A DNA stretch of 64,000 nt. Origin: Acidimicrobiales bacterium (GTDB lineage Bacteria > Actinomycetota > Acidimicrobiia > Acidimicrobiales > VFJN01). Location: the NCBI GenBank assembly GCA_035697145.1, contig DASSDL010000149.1, positions 2,008 through 66,007 on the forward strand. Reading direction: 5' to 3'. Below, one piece after another: positions 1 through 9,097 of the stretch. A model generated the notes under the pieces. That model did no database searches. It saw only the letters and a list, made by a program, of their open reading frames with translations, and was not told the origin of the DNA. The stretch's first letter is position 1. Each line of letters begins with the position of its first letter. A program made the translations under genes and the position numbers.

Positions 1-680
1 CCCGGGCCTTGAGGATGCCGCCACCTGCGTAGATGACCGGCCGCCGGGCGTGGAGGATCAGCTCGGCCGCCTGGCGGATCATCTTGGGATGGCCCTTGGT
101 GGTGGGCCGGTAGCCGGGCAGGCTGGCGGCCACCTCCTCGTCGCTCGGCCAGTCCCAGTCCATGGCCGAGCGGGGGTTCTGGGGGTCGACGATGTCCTTG
201 GGGACGTCGATCAGCACAGGGCCCGGCCGTCCGGTGGTGGCGAGGTGGAAGGCCTGCCGGACCATCAGCGGTATGTCCTGCGCCTGGGTGATCAACTCGT
301 TGTGCTTGGTCACCGAGCGGGTGATGCCGACGGTGTCGCACTCCTGGAACGCGTCGGTGCCGATGGCGGCGAACGGCACCTGGCCGGTGATGCACACCAT
401 GGGGATCGAGTCCATGTAGGCGTCACACAGCGGGGTGACGACGTTGGTCGCCGCCGGCCCCGAGGTCACCATGCACACGCCCGGTCGCCCGGTGGCGTGT
501 GCGAACCCCTCGGCCATGTGCCCGGCGCCCTGCTCGTGGCGCACCAGGATGTGGCGGATCGGGCTGTCGATGATCGGGTCGTAGACCGGGAGGATGGCGC
601 CGCCCGGCAGACCGAACATGACTTCGACGCCCTCCATCTCGAGGGCCTTGATCAACGCTTGTCCGCCGTTGAGCTGCATG
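1..680 (-). CDS. ilvB: acetolactate synthase (AHAS) large subunit, N-terminal part; gene continues past the window start
   Basis: Reverse-strand translation from ATG (cat at 678-680) gives [34 protein letters not shown]...[33 protein letters not shown], a typical ThDP-enzyme N-terminal domain. It is absent from the ORF track because it runs off the window edge. The listed 50..817(+) ORF is its antisense. Confidence 0.85.
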
Positions 681-721
681 GCGGTGTGCTCCTGTCCGGG
701 GTGGCTGGTGGTTGGCGGAAG

Positions 722-758
722 TCGACGAAAACGGAAACGACCTCCCGGTGGGAGGTCG
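722..758 (-). terminator. candidate attenuator terminator between the leader ORF and the ilvB start
   Basis: On the minus strand, CGACCTCCC-ACC-GGGAGGTCG (9-bp stem, 3-nt loop, plus coordinates 738-758) is followed directly by TTTCCGTTTTCG. It lies about 40 nt upstream of the ilvB ATG. Confidence 0.5.
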
Positions 759-789
759 TGAGAGCGCACGCGGGGATGGGCGGCGTGCG

Positions 790-825
790 CTACGTGAGGA
801 TTACGAGGAGGCGGTAGGCGTGCAT
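790..825 (-). promoter_or_regulatory. candidate ilvB leader peptide ORF ([11 protein letters not shown])
   Basis: An 11-codon ORF sits in the 219-nt ilvB 5' region: ATG CAC GCC TAC CGC CTC CTC GTA ATC CTC ACG TAG. Five consecutive Leu/Val/Ile codons are followed by hairpins and a terminator-like structure. Confidence 0.5.
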
Positions 826-899
826 CAGCCGGTCAGCTTCGCACGGGGCGCAGACGCAGGGCAAGGCGGAACCTCGAGGCTCGCAGGCGCGCTTCGGCG

Positions 900-1481
900 C
901 TAGGCCGGATCGCGGATCTCGTCGTCGGCGTTCACCAGGCGGGTCGTCGGCGTCGCCGAGACCTCTCCGTGGGCGGCGAGCTCGCGCAGGGCCAGGACGG
1001 GATCGGGGTCACCGAAGAGCTGCTGGTCGGCATAGTCGGGCTCACGCCCGGTGGCGTCGACCACCCACCACGACGCCTCGAGGGCGATCCCATCGGGGTC
1101 GGTGAAGTAGATCGAGCGCACGATCTCGTGGTCGACCACCTCGGTGACCTCGCAGCCATGCCCCTTCAAGCGTCGCTGCAGCGCCTCGAGCGCGCGCTCG
1201 TCGGGCAGGTTGAAGGACACGTGGTCGAACTGGACGGCGCGCCGGTCGGGCACGCCCGCCGGCTTGGCGAACGGCTCGATCTCCGCGTCCCGATACTCGA
1301 AGAAGGCGACCGTCAACTCCGGACCGAACTCGAAGAAGTAGTGCCGGAACGCGGGCGTCCCAATCGTGGCGACGAGTTTGGCCCCGAGCACGCCCTGATA
1401 GAAGCGCACCGTCCGGTCCATGTCGGTGGTGATGAGGGCAAGGTGGTTGATCCCCCGCCACTGGGGCTGTTCGGTCGACAT
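900..1481 (-). CDS. VOC (glyoxalase/bleomycin-resistance/dioxygenase fold) family protein
   Basis: 193-aa ORF. INHLALITTDMDRTVRFYQGVLGAKLV and HVSFNLPDERALEALQRRLKGHG...IYFTDPDGIALE are typical paired beta-alpha-beta-beta-beta VOC modules. Confidence 0.7.
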   Translation of the reverse strand: MSTEQPQWRGINHLALITTDMDRTVRFYQGVLGAKLVATIGTPAFRHYFFEFGPELTVAFFEYRDAEIEPFAKPAGVPDRRAVQFDHVSFNLPDERALEALQRRLKGHGCEVTEVVDHEIVRSIYFTDPDGIALEASWWVVDATGREPDYADQQLFGDPDPVLALRELAAHGEVSATPTTRLVNADDEIRDPA

Positions 1482-1502
1482 GTCCCCAGGCTAGGGCGGG
1501 CG

Positions 1503-3200
1503 TCAGGCCTCGGTGATGGCGCCGCGCTCCGCGCCCGACGCCAGCCGGGCGTACTTGGCGAGGACCCCGGATGTGTAGCGGGGCTCGGGGAGCTTCCATT
1601 CGGCGCGGCGGCGCGCGAGCTCGGCGTGATCGACTGCGACGTCGATCGCCTTGGACGGGACGTCGATGACGATGCGATCGCCGTCGGCAACCAGTGCGAT
1701 GGGACCGCCGTCCACGGCCTCGGGCGCCACGTGGCCGACGCAGAACCCGTGCGTGCCACCGGAGAAGCGGCCGTCGGTCACCAGGGCGCAGTCGCTACCC
1801 CGGCCGGCGCCCTTCATGGCGCCGGTGACGGCCAGCATCTCGCGCATCCCCGGCCCTCCCCTGGGCCCCTCGTAACGGATGACCACCACCGTGCCCGGCT
1901 CGATCGAGCCGGCGAGGATGGCGTCCATCGCCCCGTCTTCGCCGTCGAACACCCGGGCGGTGCCGTCGAACCGGTCGGCCGTGATGCCGGCCACCTTGAC
2001 CACCGCCCCCTTGGGGGCCAACGAGCCCGTGAGGACGGCGATGCCGCCGATGGCATGGATGGGATCGGCGAGGGGGTGGATCACGTCGCCGTCGGGCCCC
2101 GGCGGATCGATCTCCGCCAGGTTCTCGGCCACCGTCCGACCTGTGACCGTGAGGCACTCGCCGTCCAGCAGCCCGGCCTCCAGCAGGTGCCGCATGACCA
2201 CAGGCACGCCCCCGATCCGATCGACGTCGCTCATGTGGTAGCGGCCGGCGGGCTTGGTGTCGGCGATGTGCGGCACTCGGGCCGCCACCCGGTTGAAGTC
2301 GTCGAGCGCCAAGTCCACGCGCGCCTCGGCGGCGATGGCGAGCAGGTGGAGCACGGCGTTGGTGGATCCGCCCAGCGCCATCACCACGGCGATGGCGTTC
2401 TCGAACGCCGCCTTGGTGAGGATCTGGCGGGGCCGGATGCCGGCCTCCAGCAGGCGCACCACCGTCTGGCCCGACGCGTACGCGACGTCGTCGCGGCGCC
2501 GGTCGACGGCGGGGGCCGACGCCGAGCCGGGCAGCGACATCCCCAGCGCCTCGGCCACCGACGCCATCGTGTTGGCGGTGAACATGCCGGCACACGATCC
2601 CTCGGTGGGGCAGGCGTTGCGCTCGATGGCCTCGAGCCCGGCATCGTCGAGGCTGCCGGCTGCGTGCGCCCCCACGGCCTCGAACACGCTGACGATGTCG
2701 AGGGCTTGGCCGTTGTGATGGCCCGGCAGGATCGACCCGCCGTACACGAACACCGCTGGCACGTTGAGCCGCGCCGCCGCCATGAGCATGCCGGGCAGCG
2801 ACTTGTCGCAGCCGGCGAAGGTGACCAGCGCGTCCAGGCGCTCGGCGTGCATCACGGTCTCGACCGAGTCGGCGATGACCTCCCGCGACACCAGCGACGC
2901 CCGCATCCCCTCGTGGCCCATCGAGATGCCGTCGGACACGGCGATGGTCGTGAACTCGATGGGGAACCCGCCGGCCGCCCGCACCCCCTCCTTGGACCGC
3001 TTGGCCAGCCGGTCGAGCGGCATGTTGCAGGGCGTGACCTCGTTCCACGAGGAGCAGACGCCCACCTGCGGCTTGCCCCAGTCGTCGTCGGTCATGCCGA
3101 TGGCCCGCAGCATGGCCCGCGCCGGCGCCCGCTCGAACCCGTCGGTGACCTCTCGGCTGCGGTGCTTGATGTCGACGCGGGACTCAGCGGGCTCGGGCAT
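1503..3200 (-). CDS. ilvD: dihydroxy-acid dehydratase
   Basis: Full-length IlvD-like translation ([22 protein letters not shown]..., [37 protein letters not shown]). The start is set at the internal ATG (cat 3198-3200, [12 protein letters not shown]) because the 30 upstream codons run towards the repeat element. Confidence 0.93.
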   Translation of the reverse strand: MPEPAESRVDIKHRSREVTDGFERAPARAMLRAIGMTDDDWGKPQVGVCSSWNEVTPCNMPLDRLAKRSKEGVRAAGGFPIEFTTIAVSDGISMGHEGMRASLVSREVIADSVETVMHAERLDALVTFAGCDKSLPGMLMAAARLNVPAVFVYGGSILPGHHNGQALDIVSVFEAVGAHAAGSLDDAGLEAIERNACPTEGSCAGMFTANTMASVAEALGMSLPGSASAPAVDRRRDDVAYASGQTVVRLLEAGIRPRQILTKAAFENAIAVVMALGGSTNAVLHLLAIAAEARVDLALDDFNRVAARVPHIADTKPAGRYHMSDVDRIGGVPVVMRHLLEAGLLDGECLTVTGRTVAENLAEIDPPGPDGDVIHPLADPIHAIGGIAVLTGSLAPKGAVVKVAGITADRFDGTARVFDGEDGAMDAILAGSIEPGTVVVIRYEGPRGGPGMREMLAVTGAMKGAGRGSDCALVTDGRFSGGTHGFCVGHVAPEAVDGGPIALVADGDRIVIDVPSKAIDVAVDHAELARRRAEWKLPEPRYTSGVLAKYARLASGAERGAITEA

Positions 3201-3248
3201 GGCGGAAGCGTACGCTCGGCGGGTTGTGCTCCCGCCAGCCCGTTTACC

Positions 3249-3347
3249 CCGAGGCAATGGCGAACGTGACGACAAGCCCGAGGCAATCACGAACGCCCTC
3301 CGTGCGTCATTGCCTCACGCTCGCTGGACCGTTCGCTATTGCCTCAC
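3249..3347. repeat. 99-nt compound inverted-repeat element, copy A (two direct plus two inverted copies of an 18-nt motif)
   Basis: Direct copies: CCGAGGCAATGGCGAACG (3249-3266) and CCGAGGCAATCACGAACG (3278-3295). Loop: CCCTC. Inverted copies: CGTGCGTCATTGCCTCAC (3301-3318) and CGTTCGCTATTGCCTCAC (3330-3347). Both spacers are 11 nt. The same architecture recurs at 9098-9196 and 31884-31981. Confidence 0.85.
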
Positions 3348-4892
3348 TACGGCGGCCCGCATCTCGGCGGCGCTAACCCCCCAGGTGGACTCGACGATGC
3401 GGATCGTCGCCCGCGTGAGCGGCACCAGGTTGCCGCGATCGATCTTGTCGAGGGTGTCCATGGCGTCGAACAAGTAGAAGGGCGCGGTCAGGAAGTTCAT
3501 CACCGGCACACCCTCGCGGTGGTAGAAGGCGCCATCGGTCGGCGGCTGCTCCCCGAACGCGTCCGGGGCCAGGATCATCGACCGGCCCAGCTCCTCGGTC
3601 TCAAGTGCCTCGGCCACGGCCGCCTCCAGCGACGGGATGCGGGTGGTGAAGAACCACCGCGGCACCGGCTGCCCGGTCGGAACGACGTCGCCGTCCTGCT
3701 CGGCGAACTCAAGGGCGGCGTGCTCGAGGTGGACCTCCAGCACCACCCGAGCCAGCTCGGGGCGGTGCGCCTCGATGTACCCCCGCAGGCCGGCCCCGCC
3801 CGACATGTGGCCGCCCTGCAGCAGGAACACGAGCCGATGCGGCCGGCGCTCCACCGGCTGGGCGGCCCAGTAGGTCGCCTGCGCCAGCACGAGGGCGATG
3901 CCGCTGCCGTCCTCGACCGCCGACGCCCAAGGGCCGTCGTGGTGGGAGCCGATCATGACGGTCTCCTCGTCGGCACCATCGAGCTCGCCCACCACGTTGT
4001 GCGACTCGACGTCCTCCCGCTCCGAGGCGACGCTGAGCCGCACCCGCACGGGGCCGCGCGCACGCTGATCGCGCAGCCAGGCCCCGTCGGTGCCATTCAC
4101 CCACACACCGGGGATGGCCCGGGGGATGGCGTCGTAGGGCACGAAGTAGTTGAACGAGTCGCCCGGGTAGTCGGTGAGGGTGCCGATGAACGCCGCGGCA
4201 CCGGCCTCGATCGACGGCTCCATGACCTCCTGGAACTGGGCGCCGAACGGCACGATGTGCTGGGCGCCGGTGAGGCTGCCGTCGGGATCGACGATCCGCC
4301 CCGTGGGGTCGGCCGGCGCGCTGCCGGCCGTGGCCAGTAGGTCGGCGGGAATGCGGATCAGCGGCACGTCGAACAGCGACGCCTTGTCCCGCACACCGCC
4401 AGGGCTGGCCTGGTCGAAGACGGCCACCTCCGCCTCGAGCCCGTCGACCGGCGCTGAGAACGGCACCGGGAAGCAGTCGAGCGTCGTCGTCTCGCCGTCG
4501 GGGCCGATGACCTCGAGCGACCAGTCCGTGGGCTCCCAGCGGGTGACGGTGATGGGCTCCAGCCGGACGTTGTCGAGCCCGATGCCGCGGAACTGGTCAG
4601 CGATCCATCCCTCGGCCCACTCGTCGGCCGGATAGCCGGGCCGGCGGATCCCGTGCTCGAAGACCTCGCTGATCCACCCGAAGATCGTCGCCTCGGTCGG
4701 CACGTCGCTCAGGCTCACCACGCCGTCCGCTGACGTCTCGTCCCCCTGCGCTTCGTCGTCGGTTGCGTCGTCGTCGCTTGTGTCATCGTCGGACGACGAG
4801 CAGGCGGCGCCCCCGAGGACCACCGCCCCGGCGGTGGCGCCGGAGTGGATCAGAAACGTGCGGCGCGTCCAATTCGTGGCCATCCGTCGCAT
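3336..4892 (-). CDS. M28-family metallopeptidase-like secreted lipoprotein (Tat-type signal)
   Basis: The start is chosen at MRRMATNWTRRTFLIHSGATAGAVVLGGAAC (twin-Arg plus a lipobox-like Cys). An acidic linker follows, then a peptidase body with HNVVGEL...IGSHHDGPW...QGGHMSGGAG motifs. The family call is from motif resemblance only. Confidence 0.55.
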   Translation of the reverse strand: MRRMATNWTRRTFLIHSGATAGAVVLGGAACSSSDDDTSDDDATDDEAQGDETSADGVVSLSDVPTEATIFGWISEVFEHGIRRPGYPADEWAEGWIADQFRGIGLDNVRLEPITVTRWEPTDWSLEVIGPDGETTTLDCFPVPFSAPVDGLEAEVAVFDQASPGGVRDKASLFDVPLIRIPADLLATAGSAPADPTGRIVDPDGSLTGAQHIVPFGAQFQEVMEPSIEAGAAAFIGTLTDYPGDSFNYFVPYDAIPRAIPGVWVNGTDGAWLRDQRARGPVRVRLSVASEREDVESHNVVGELDGADEETVMIGSHHDGPWASAVEDGSGIALVLAQATYWAAQPVERRPHRLVFLLQGGHMSGGAGLRGYIEAHRPELARVVLEVHLEHAALEFAEQDGDVVPTGQPVPRWFFTTRIPSLEAAVAEALETEELGRSMILAPDAFGEQPPTDGAFYHREGVPVMNFLTAPFYLFDAMDTLDKIDRGNLVPLTRATIRIVESTWGVSAAEMRAAVVRQ

Positions 4893-4938
4893 GGGCGTCG
4901 GCACACTATCCGGCCCGACCCCCACCCGCCGCCCCGCT

Positions 4939-6321
4939 ATGGCGTCGGTCTTTGACCGACCGGTTACCTGGGGCTGGATGTCTTCGCCCCGGATCACTCG
5001 GCGCCTGCCGCCGGCTCGCAGCCACCTCGACCGGGAGATCGCCCGGTTGGCCATTCCGGCGTTCGGCGCGCTCATCGCCGAGCCGCTCTACGTTCTCACC
5101 GACACCGCCGTCGTCGGCCACCTGGGCACGCCTCAGCTGGCCGGGCTCGCGGTCGCCTCGAGCGTGCTGCTCACGCTGTACGCCGTCTTCATCTTCCTGG
5201 CCTACGGGACCACCGCGGCCGTGAGCAGGCTGCTGGGGGCGGGCGACGAGCGGGAGGCGGCACACCAGGCGGTCCAGTCGATGTGGCTGGCGCTGTTCAT
5301 CGGGCTGGGCGTGACCGTGATCGGGCTGGCGCTCAGCGGTCCGCTGGTCGCCTGGATGGGCGCCGAGGGGGCCGTCCGCACCAACGCCCTCGTCTACCTC
5401 AGGATCAGCCTGGCCGGGGTGCCCGCGATGCTGCTGGTGCTGGCGGGCGCCGGTTACCTGCGCGGCCTGCAGGACACCCGCACCCCGTTGCTGGTGGCGA
5501 TCGGCACGGCGCTGGCGAACCTGGTGATCGAGGTCGCGCTCATCTACGGCCTGGACCAGGGCATCGGCGCCTCGGCACTGGCGACGGTGCTGGCGCAGGT
5601 CGGCGGCGCCGCCGTGTACATGCGCCGCGTCGGCCGGGCGGCGCGCCGCCAGGGTGCCGATCTCGCGCCCCATCCCGCCAGCCTGGCGGCGCTGGCCCGC
5701 GTGGGCCGCGACCTGCTGGTGCGGACGGCGGCGTTGCGGGTGGCGTTGGTGGTGACCACCGCCGTGGCTGCACGCCTGGGCTCGGTCGAGGTCGCCGCCC
5801 ACCAGATCGCCTTCGAGATCTGGAACTTCCTGGCGCTGGGGCTCGACGCCATCGCCATCGCGGGCCAGGCGATGGTGGGGCGGGCGCTGGGGGCCGGCGA
5901 CGGCCCCGCCGCCCGGGACGCCGGGCGGCGGATGATCGAATGGGGCGTTGCACTGGGGGCACTGGTGGGCGTGCTGGTGGCGGCCCTGCGGACCGTCCTG
6001 CCCCATCTGTTCAGCGACGACGCCCAGGTCCTGGCGCTGGCGAGCTTCCTGCTGGTGTGGGTGGCGGCGCTCCAGCCGCTGAATGCCGTCGCGTTCGTGC
6101 TCGACGGCGTGCTGATCGGGGCCGGCGACATGCGGTTCCTGGCTTGGGCCATGATCGCCGCCGCCGCCGTGTTCATCCCAGCGGCGTTGATGGTGCTCGC
6201 ACTCGACGCCGGGATCGGCTGGCTGTGGGCTGCGTTGGCTCTGCTGATGGCGACGCGGGCATCGACCCTCCTCGCCCGGTTCGCCTCCGGCCGCTGGATC
6301 GTCCTCGGCGCCCGCCGCTGA
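4939..6321 (+). CDS. MATE family efflux transporter
   Basis: Polytopic membrane protein. REIARLAIPAFGALIAEPLYVLTDTAVVGHLG is the typical MATE N-terminus, and the two halves are internally duplicated. The start is uncertain (4939 or 4978); the earlier 4780 start would overlap the divergent peptidase gene. Confidence 0.8.
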   Translation: MASVFDRPVTWGWMSSPRITRRLPPARSHLDREIARLAIPAFGALIAEPLYVLTDTAVVGHLGTPQLAGLAVASSVLLTLYAVFIFLAYGTTAAVSRLLGAGDEREAAHQAVQSMWLALFIGLGVTVIGLALSGPLVAWMGAEGAVRTNALVYLRISLAGVPAMLLVLAGAGYLRGLQDTRTPLLVAIGTALANLVIEVALIYGLDQGIGASALATVLAQVGGAAVYMRRVGRAARRQGADLAPHPASLAALARVGRDLLVRTAALRVALVVTTAVAARLGSVEVAAHQIAFEIWNFLALGLDAIAIAGQAMVGRALGAGDGPAARDAGRRMIEWGVALGALVGVLVAALRTVLPHLFSDDAQVLALASFLLVWVAALQPLNAVAFVLDGVLIGAGDMRFLAWAMIAAAAVFIPAALMVLALDAGIGWLWAALALLMATRASTLLARFASGRWIVLGARR

Positions 6322-6379
6322 CACGGGACGCGCTCGCAGTCGCGGTCTACATTCCGGGGACACCGACTCGGGGGTGAAA

Positions 6380-7477
6380 ATGACCACGCTGCTGATGATC
6401 GGGACGCGCAAGGGGCTCTTCCTCGCCCGCAGCGACGACCGCCTCTCCTGGTCGCTGGACGGCCCGCAGTTCCCGATGAACGCCGTCTACGCCGCTGCCA
6501 TCGACGCCCGTCCGGCAGCCTCGGGTCGATGGGTGCGCCTGTTGGCGGGTGCCGACAGCGAGCACTGGGGCCCGTCCGTGTTCCGGTCGGACGACTTCGG
6601 CGCGTCCTGGCACGAGACCGAGGGCGGTGCGATCCGCTTCCCGACCGAGACCGGCGAGGCTCTGGTGCGGACGTGGCAGCTTCGTCCCGCCGGTGCCGAC
6701 CAGCCCAGCCTGGTGTGGGCCGGTGCCGAGCCCGGAGCGCTGTTCCGCTCCGACGACGGTGGCGAGACGTTCTCGCTGGTGGAGAGCCTGTGGGACCACC
6801 CGCACCGCGAGCACTGGATGCCGGGCGGGGGCGGCCTCTGCCTGCACACGATCATGCCGCACGCCACCGACCCCGACCGCATGCTCGTCGGTGTCTCGGC
6901 GGCGGGCGTGTACCGCACCGACGACGGGGGCAAGTCGTGGGAGGCCTCCAACACGGGGATTGACGCCTGGCGGTCACCAGACCAGCATCCCGAGTTCGGT
7001 CAGTGCGTCCACAAGTTCGACGGCCAGCGAGACCGACCCGACCAGCTGTTCCTCCAGAACCACGGCGGCGTCTACCGCAGCGACGACTTCGGCGCCTCGT
7101 GGCGCGCCATCGGCCAGAACCTGCCGGCCGACTTCGGCTTCCCAGTGGCCGCGCATCCGCACCGGGCAGGCACGGCGTACGTCTATCCGCTGGTCAAGGA
7201 CGAGCACCGGATGCCGCCCGAGGACCGATGCCGCATCTACCGGACGACCGACGCCGGTGAGAGCTGGGAGGCCCTCGCCGACGGTCTGCCCCAGGAGCAC
7301 GCGTATGTGAGCGTCCTGCGCGACGCGCTGTGCACCGACGACGCCGACCCCGCCGGCGTGTACCTCGGGACCCGCTCGGGCGAGGTGTTCGCTAGCGCCG
7401 ACGAGGGGACGTCGTGGACGTCGATCGTCCGCCATCTGCCGGACGTGCTGGTGGTGCGGGCGGCCGAGCTGCCGTGA
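6380..7477 (+). CDS. BNR/Asp-box repeat beta-propeller protein (sialidase/glycosyl-hydrolase-like, function unknown)
   Basis: Six S/T-x-D-x-G-x-(S/T)-(W/F) Asp-boxes: RSDDFGASW, RSDDGGETF, RTDDGGKSW, RSDDFGASW, RTTDAGESW, SADEGTSW. No signal peptide is visible. ATG 6380 is preceded by GGGGG; GTG 6374 is an alternative start. Confidence 0.75.
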   Translation: MTTLLMIGTRKGLFLARSDDRLSWSLDGPQFPMNAVYAAAIDARPAASGRWVRLLAGADSEHWGPSVFRSDDFGASWHETEGGAIRFPTETGEALVRTWQLRPAGADQPSLVWAGAEPGALFRSDDGGETFSLVESLWDHPHREHWMPGGGGLCLHTIMPHATDPDRMLVGVSAAGVYRTDDGGKSWEASNTGIDAWRSPDQHPEFGQCVHKFDGQRDRPDQLFLQNHGGVYRSDDFGASWRAIGQNLPADFGFPVAAHPHRAGTAYVYPLVKDEHRMPPEDRCRIYRTTDAGESWEALADGLPQEHAYVSVLRDALCTDDADPAGVYLGTRSGEVFASADEGTSWTSIVRHLPDVLVVRAAELP

Positions 7478-7782
7478 CATCGGCGTCCGCCACCGTCCAC
7501 CTGCGGGTGCCGGCCAGCCTGCGCACATACACGGGAGGGAGCTCCGCGGTCGACGTCGACCTCACCGGGCTCGGCGAGAAACCGACGGTCCGGGCCTTGC
7601 TCGACCATCTCGCGGGCACACATCCCGATCTCGAGCGCCGGATACGCGACGAGCAACGGCGCCTCCGCCGGCACGTCAACGTGTTCTTGGGGAACGACAA
7701 CGTCCGCGACCTGTCCGAGCAGGACACGCCACTGACCGCCGGGGTCGAGGTCGCGATCATGCCGGCGGTGTCCGGCGGCTGA
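7474..7782 (+). CDS. MoaD/ThiS-family ubiquitin-like beta-grasp protein with C-terminal Gly-Gly
   Basis: About 102 aa ending ...VEVAIMPAVSGG-stop. GTG 7474-7476 overlaps the upstream TGA (7475-7477), forming a GTGA junction. TVHLRVPASLRTYTGG...VNVFLGNDNV resembles sulfur-carrier proteins. Confidence 0.7.
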   Translation: MTSASATVHLRVPASLRTYTGGSSAVDVDLTGLGEKPTVRALLDHLAGTHPDLERRIRDEQRRLRRHVNVFLGNDNVRDLSEQDTPLTAGVEVAIMPAVSGG

Positions 7783-7792
7783 GCGACCGGGC

Positions 7793-9064
7793 TCAGAAGT
7801 CGGTCGAGCAGTACGGCGCCCGGTCGGGGCGGAACATGCCGTCGGCACGCGTCACCGCCCCCGACGTGCGCTCGTCGATCAGGCCGGCCCGGTGGAGCGT
7901 GGACCAGGACACGCCGCCCAGCAGCAGGGCGCCCAGATCGGCGACGCCCACCACCACGTCGGGCTCCGCATCGCTGCGCCGGCAGGTCGCACCGTCGGGA
8001 CCTCCGTCGAGGCGGAACCGCCCGCCCAGCGCCGGCCGGACCGGATCGATCACCTCCAGGACGCATGCGCCCTCGACGGCGTAGCGGCGCCGAGCCAGGC
8101 AGGCGGAGACGTCGAACGGCCTCAACCACAGGTGATCGACCTCGCGCGTCACCTGCAGCGCCCGGGGATTGGCGAGGCGCCAGCGGAACGGCAGGTCAAG
8201 CGGCGCTGCGGCCCATTCAACCGTGCCGACGAGGTCAACACCGCGTACGAACCGCAGCAGCGCGGTGGCGACGCCGTCGTCGACCGCGGCGACGGACTCG
8301 ACGCGCACCTCGTGGGGCAGGGGGCGCCCGCTCCCCCATCCCTGCTTGACCCGATAGGTGACGAACCCGTCGGGAACCCCGGCCGCGTCCTCGTGCACGG
8401 CGACAAAGCGAGCGCTGGCCCCGTCACGGTCCTCCTCGACATCCAGTGCCAGCATCTCCCACCACGCGGCCGGCCGCCGCACCTCGCCCGGCACGCGGCG
8501 CCAATACCGCTCCCACACCGCCGGCAGCACCGGGCCGGCCTCGGCGTCGGACATCACGCGGATGCGGCTCGCATCCCGGTCGTCCACCGTCGGCTCGCTG
8601 CCGTCATCGGTCAGGGGCTCGACCTCAGCGGCGCTGGGCCGGTCGATGGACAGCGACTGGAACCGCGTGGCCACGCCGTACCCGAAGCGCCGGTAGATGC
8701 CGCCCTCGCTGGCCGTCAACCCGGCGATCGGCTCGCCCCGGTCGAGCGCCTGGTCGTGCACTGCCTCCATGAGCGTGCGCAGGATTCCCCGCCGCCGGTA
8801 TGCCGGCGACACGCCCACCTCGGTCACGCCGGCGAGGGGCAGCGTCTCGCCCCCGGGTAGCGCCAGAGCCATCGAGAAGCTGGCCCCCGTGCCGGCGAGC
8901 ACCTCGCCGTCGTCCACGACGAACACCCGGTCCGGCTCGGTCACCAGTGCCGCCTGCTTGCGATAGTTCTCGGTTGCCCGCGGACCCACGGCGAACGCCA
9001 GCGCCGTGAGGTCGATCGTCGCCGCCAGCTCCTCGGGCTCGATCAGCCTCGCCTTCCAGGTCAC
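7793..9064 (-). CDS. Eis-like GNAT N-acetyltransferase (GNAT + GNAT-like + SCP2-like C-terminal domain)
   Basis: VGVSPAYRRRGILRTLMEAVHDQALDRGEPIAGLTASEGGIYRRFGYG is the acetyl-CoA motif region. Length is about 420 aa and the C-terminus ends ...CSTDF, with a terminal Phe as in Eis-type enzymes. The start is set at GTG 9064 because the longer ORF (9106) begins inside repeat copy B. Confidence 0.75.
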   Translation of the reverse strand: MTWKARLIEPEELAATIDLTALAFAVGPRATENYRKQAALVTEPDRVFVVDDGEVLAGTGASFSMALALPGGETLPLAGVTEVGVSPAYRRRGILRTLMEAVHDQALDRGEPIAGLTASEGGIYRRFGYGVATRFQSLSIDRPSAAEVEPLTDDGSEPTVDDRDASRIRVMSDAEAGPVLPAVWERYWRRVPGEVRRPAAWWEMLALDVEEDRDGASARFVAVHEDAAGVPDGFVTYRVKQGWGSGRPLPHEVRVESVAAVDDGVATALLRFVRGVDLVGTVEWAAAPLDLPFRWRLANPRALQVTREVDHLWLRPFDVSACLARRRYAVEGACVLEVIDPVRPALGGRFRLDGGPDGATCRRSDAEPDVVVGVADLGALLLGGVSWSTLHRAGLIDERTSGAVTRADGMFRPDRAPYCSTDF

Positions 9065-9097
9065 GGCCAGCAGATTCGCACGTGCACCGCCAGCACG

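Noticed and set aside
969-3269. 766-aa ORF on the plus strand, plus several other ORFs nested in 1042-3048.
   Set aside because: It is antisense to ilvD and the VOC gene. The translation is Arg/Gly/Pro/His/Asp-rich with no recognisable motif, which is typical of long open antisense frames in high-GC DNA. The minus-strand frame gives a full-length, canonical IlvD.
3249-3347. Whether the clustered 18-nt repeats could be a miniature CRISPR array.
   Set aside because: There are only four units per locus, half of them inverted. The spacers are a fixed 10-11 nt and partly conserved, and no cas genes are present. The architecture is a hairpin-forming interspersed element, not a CRISPR array.
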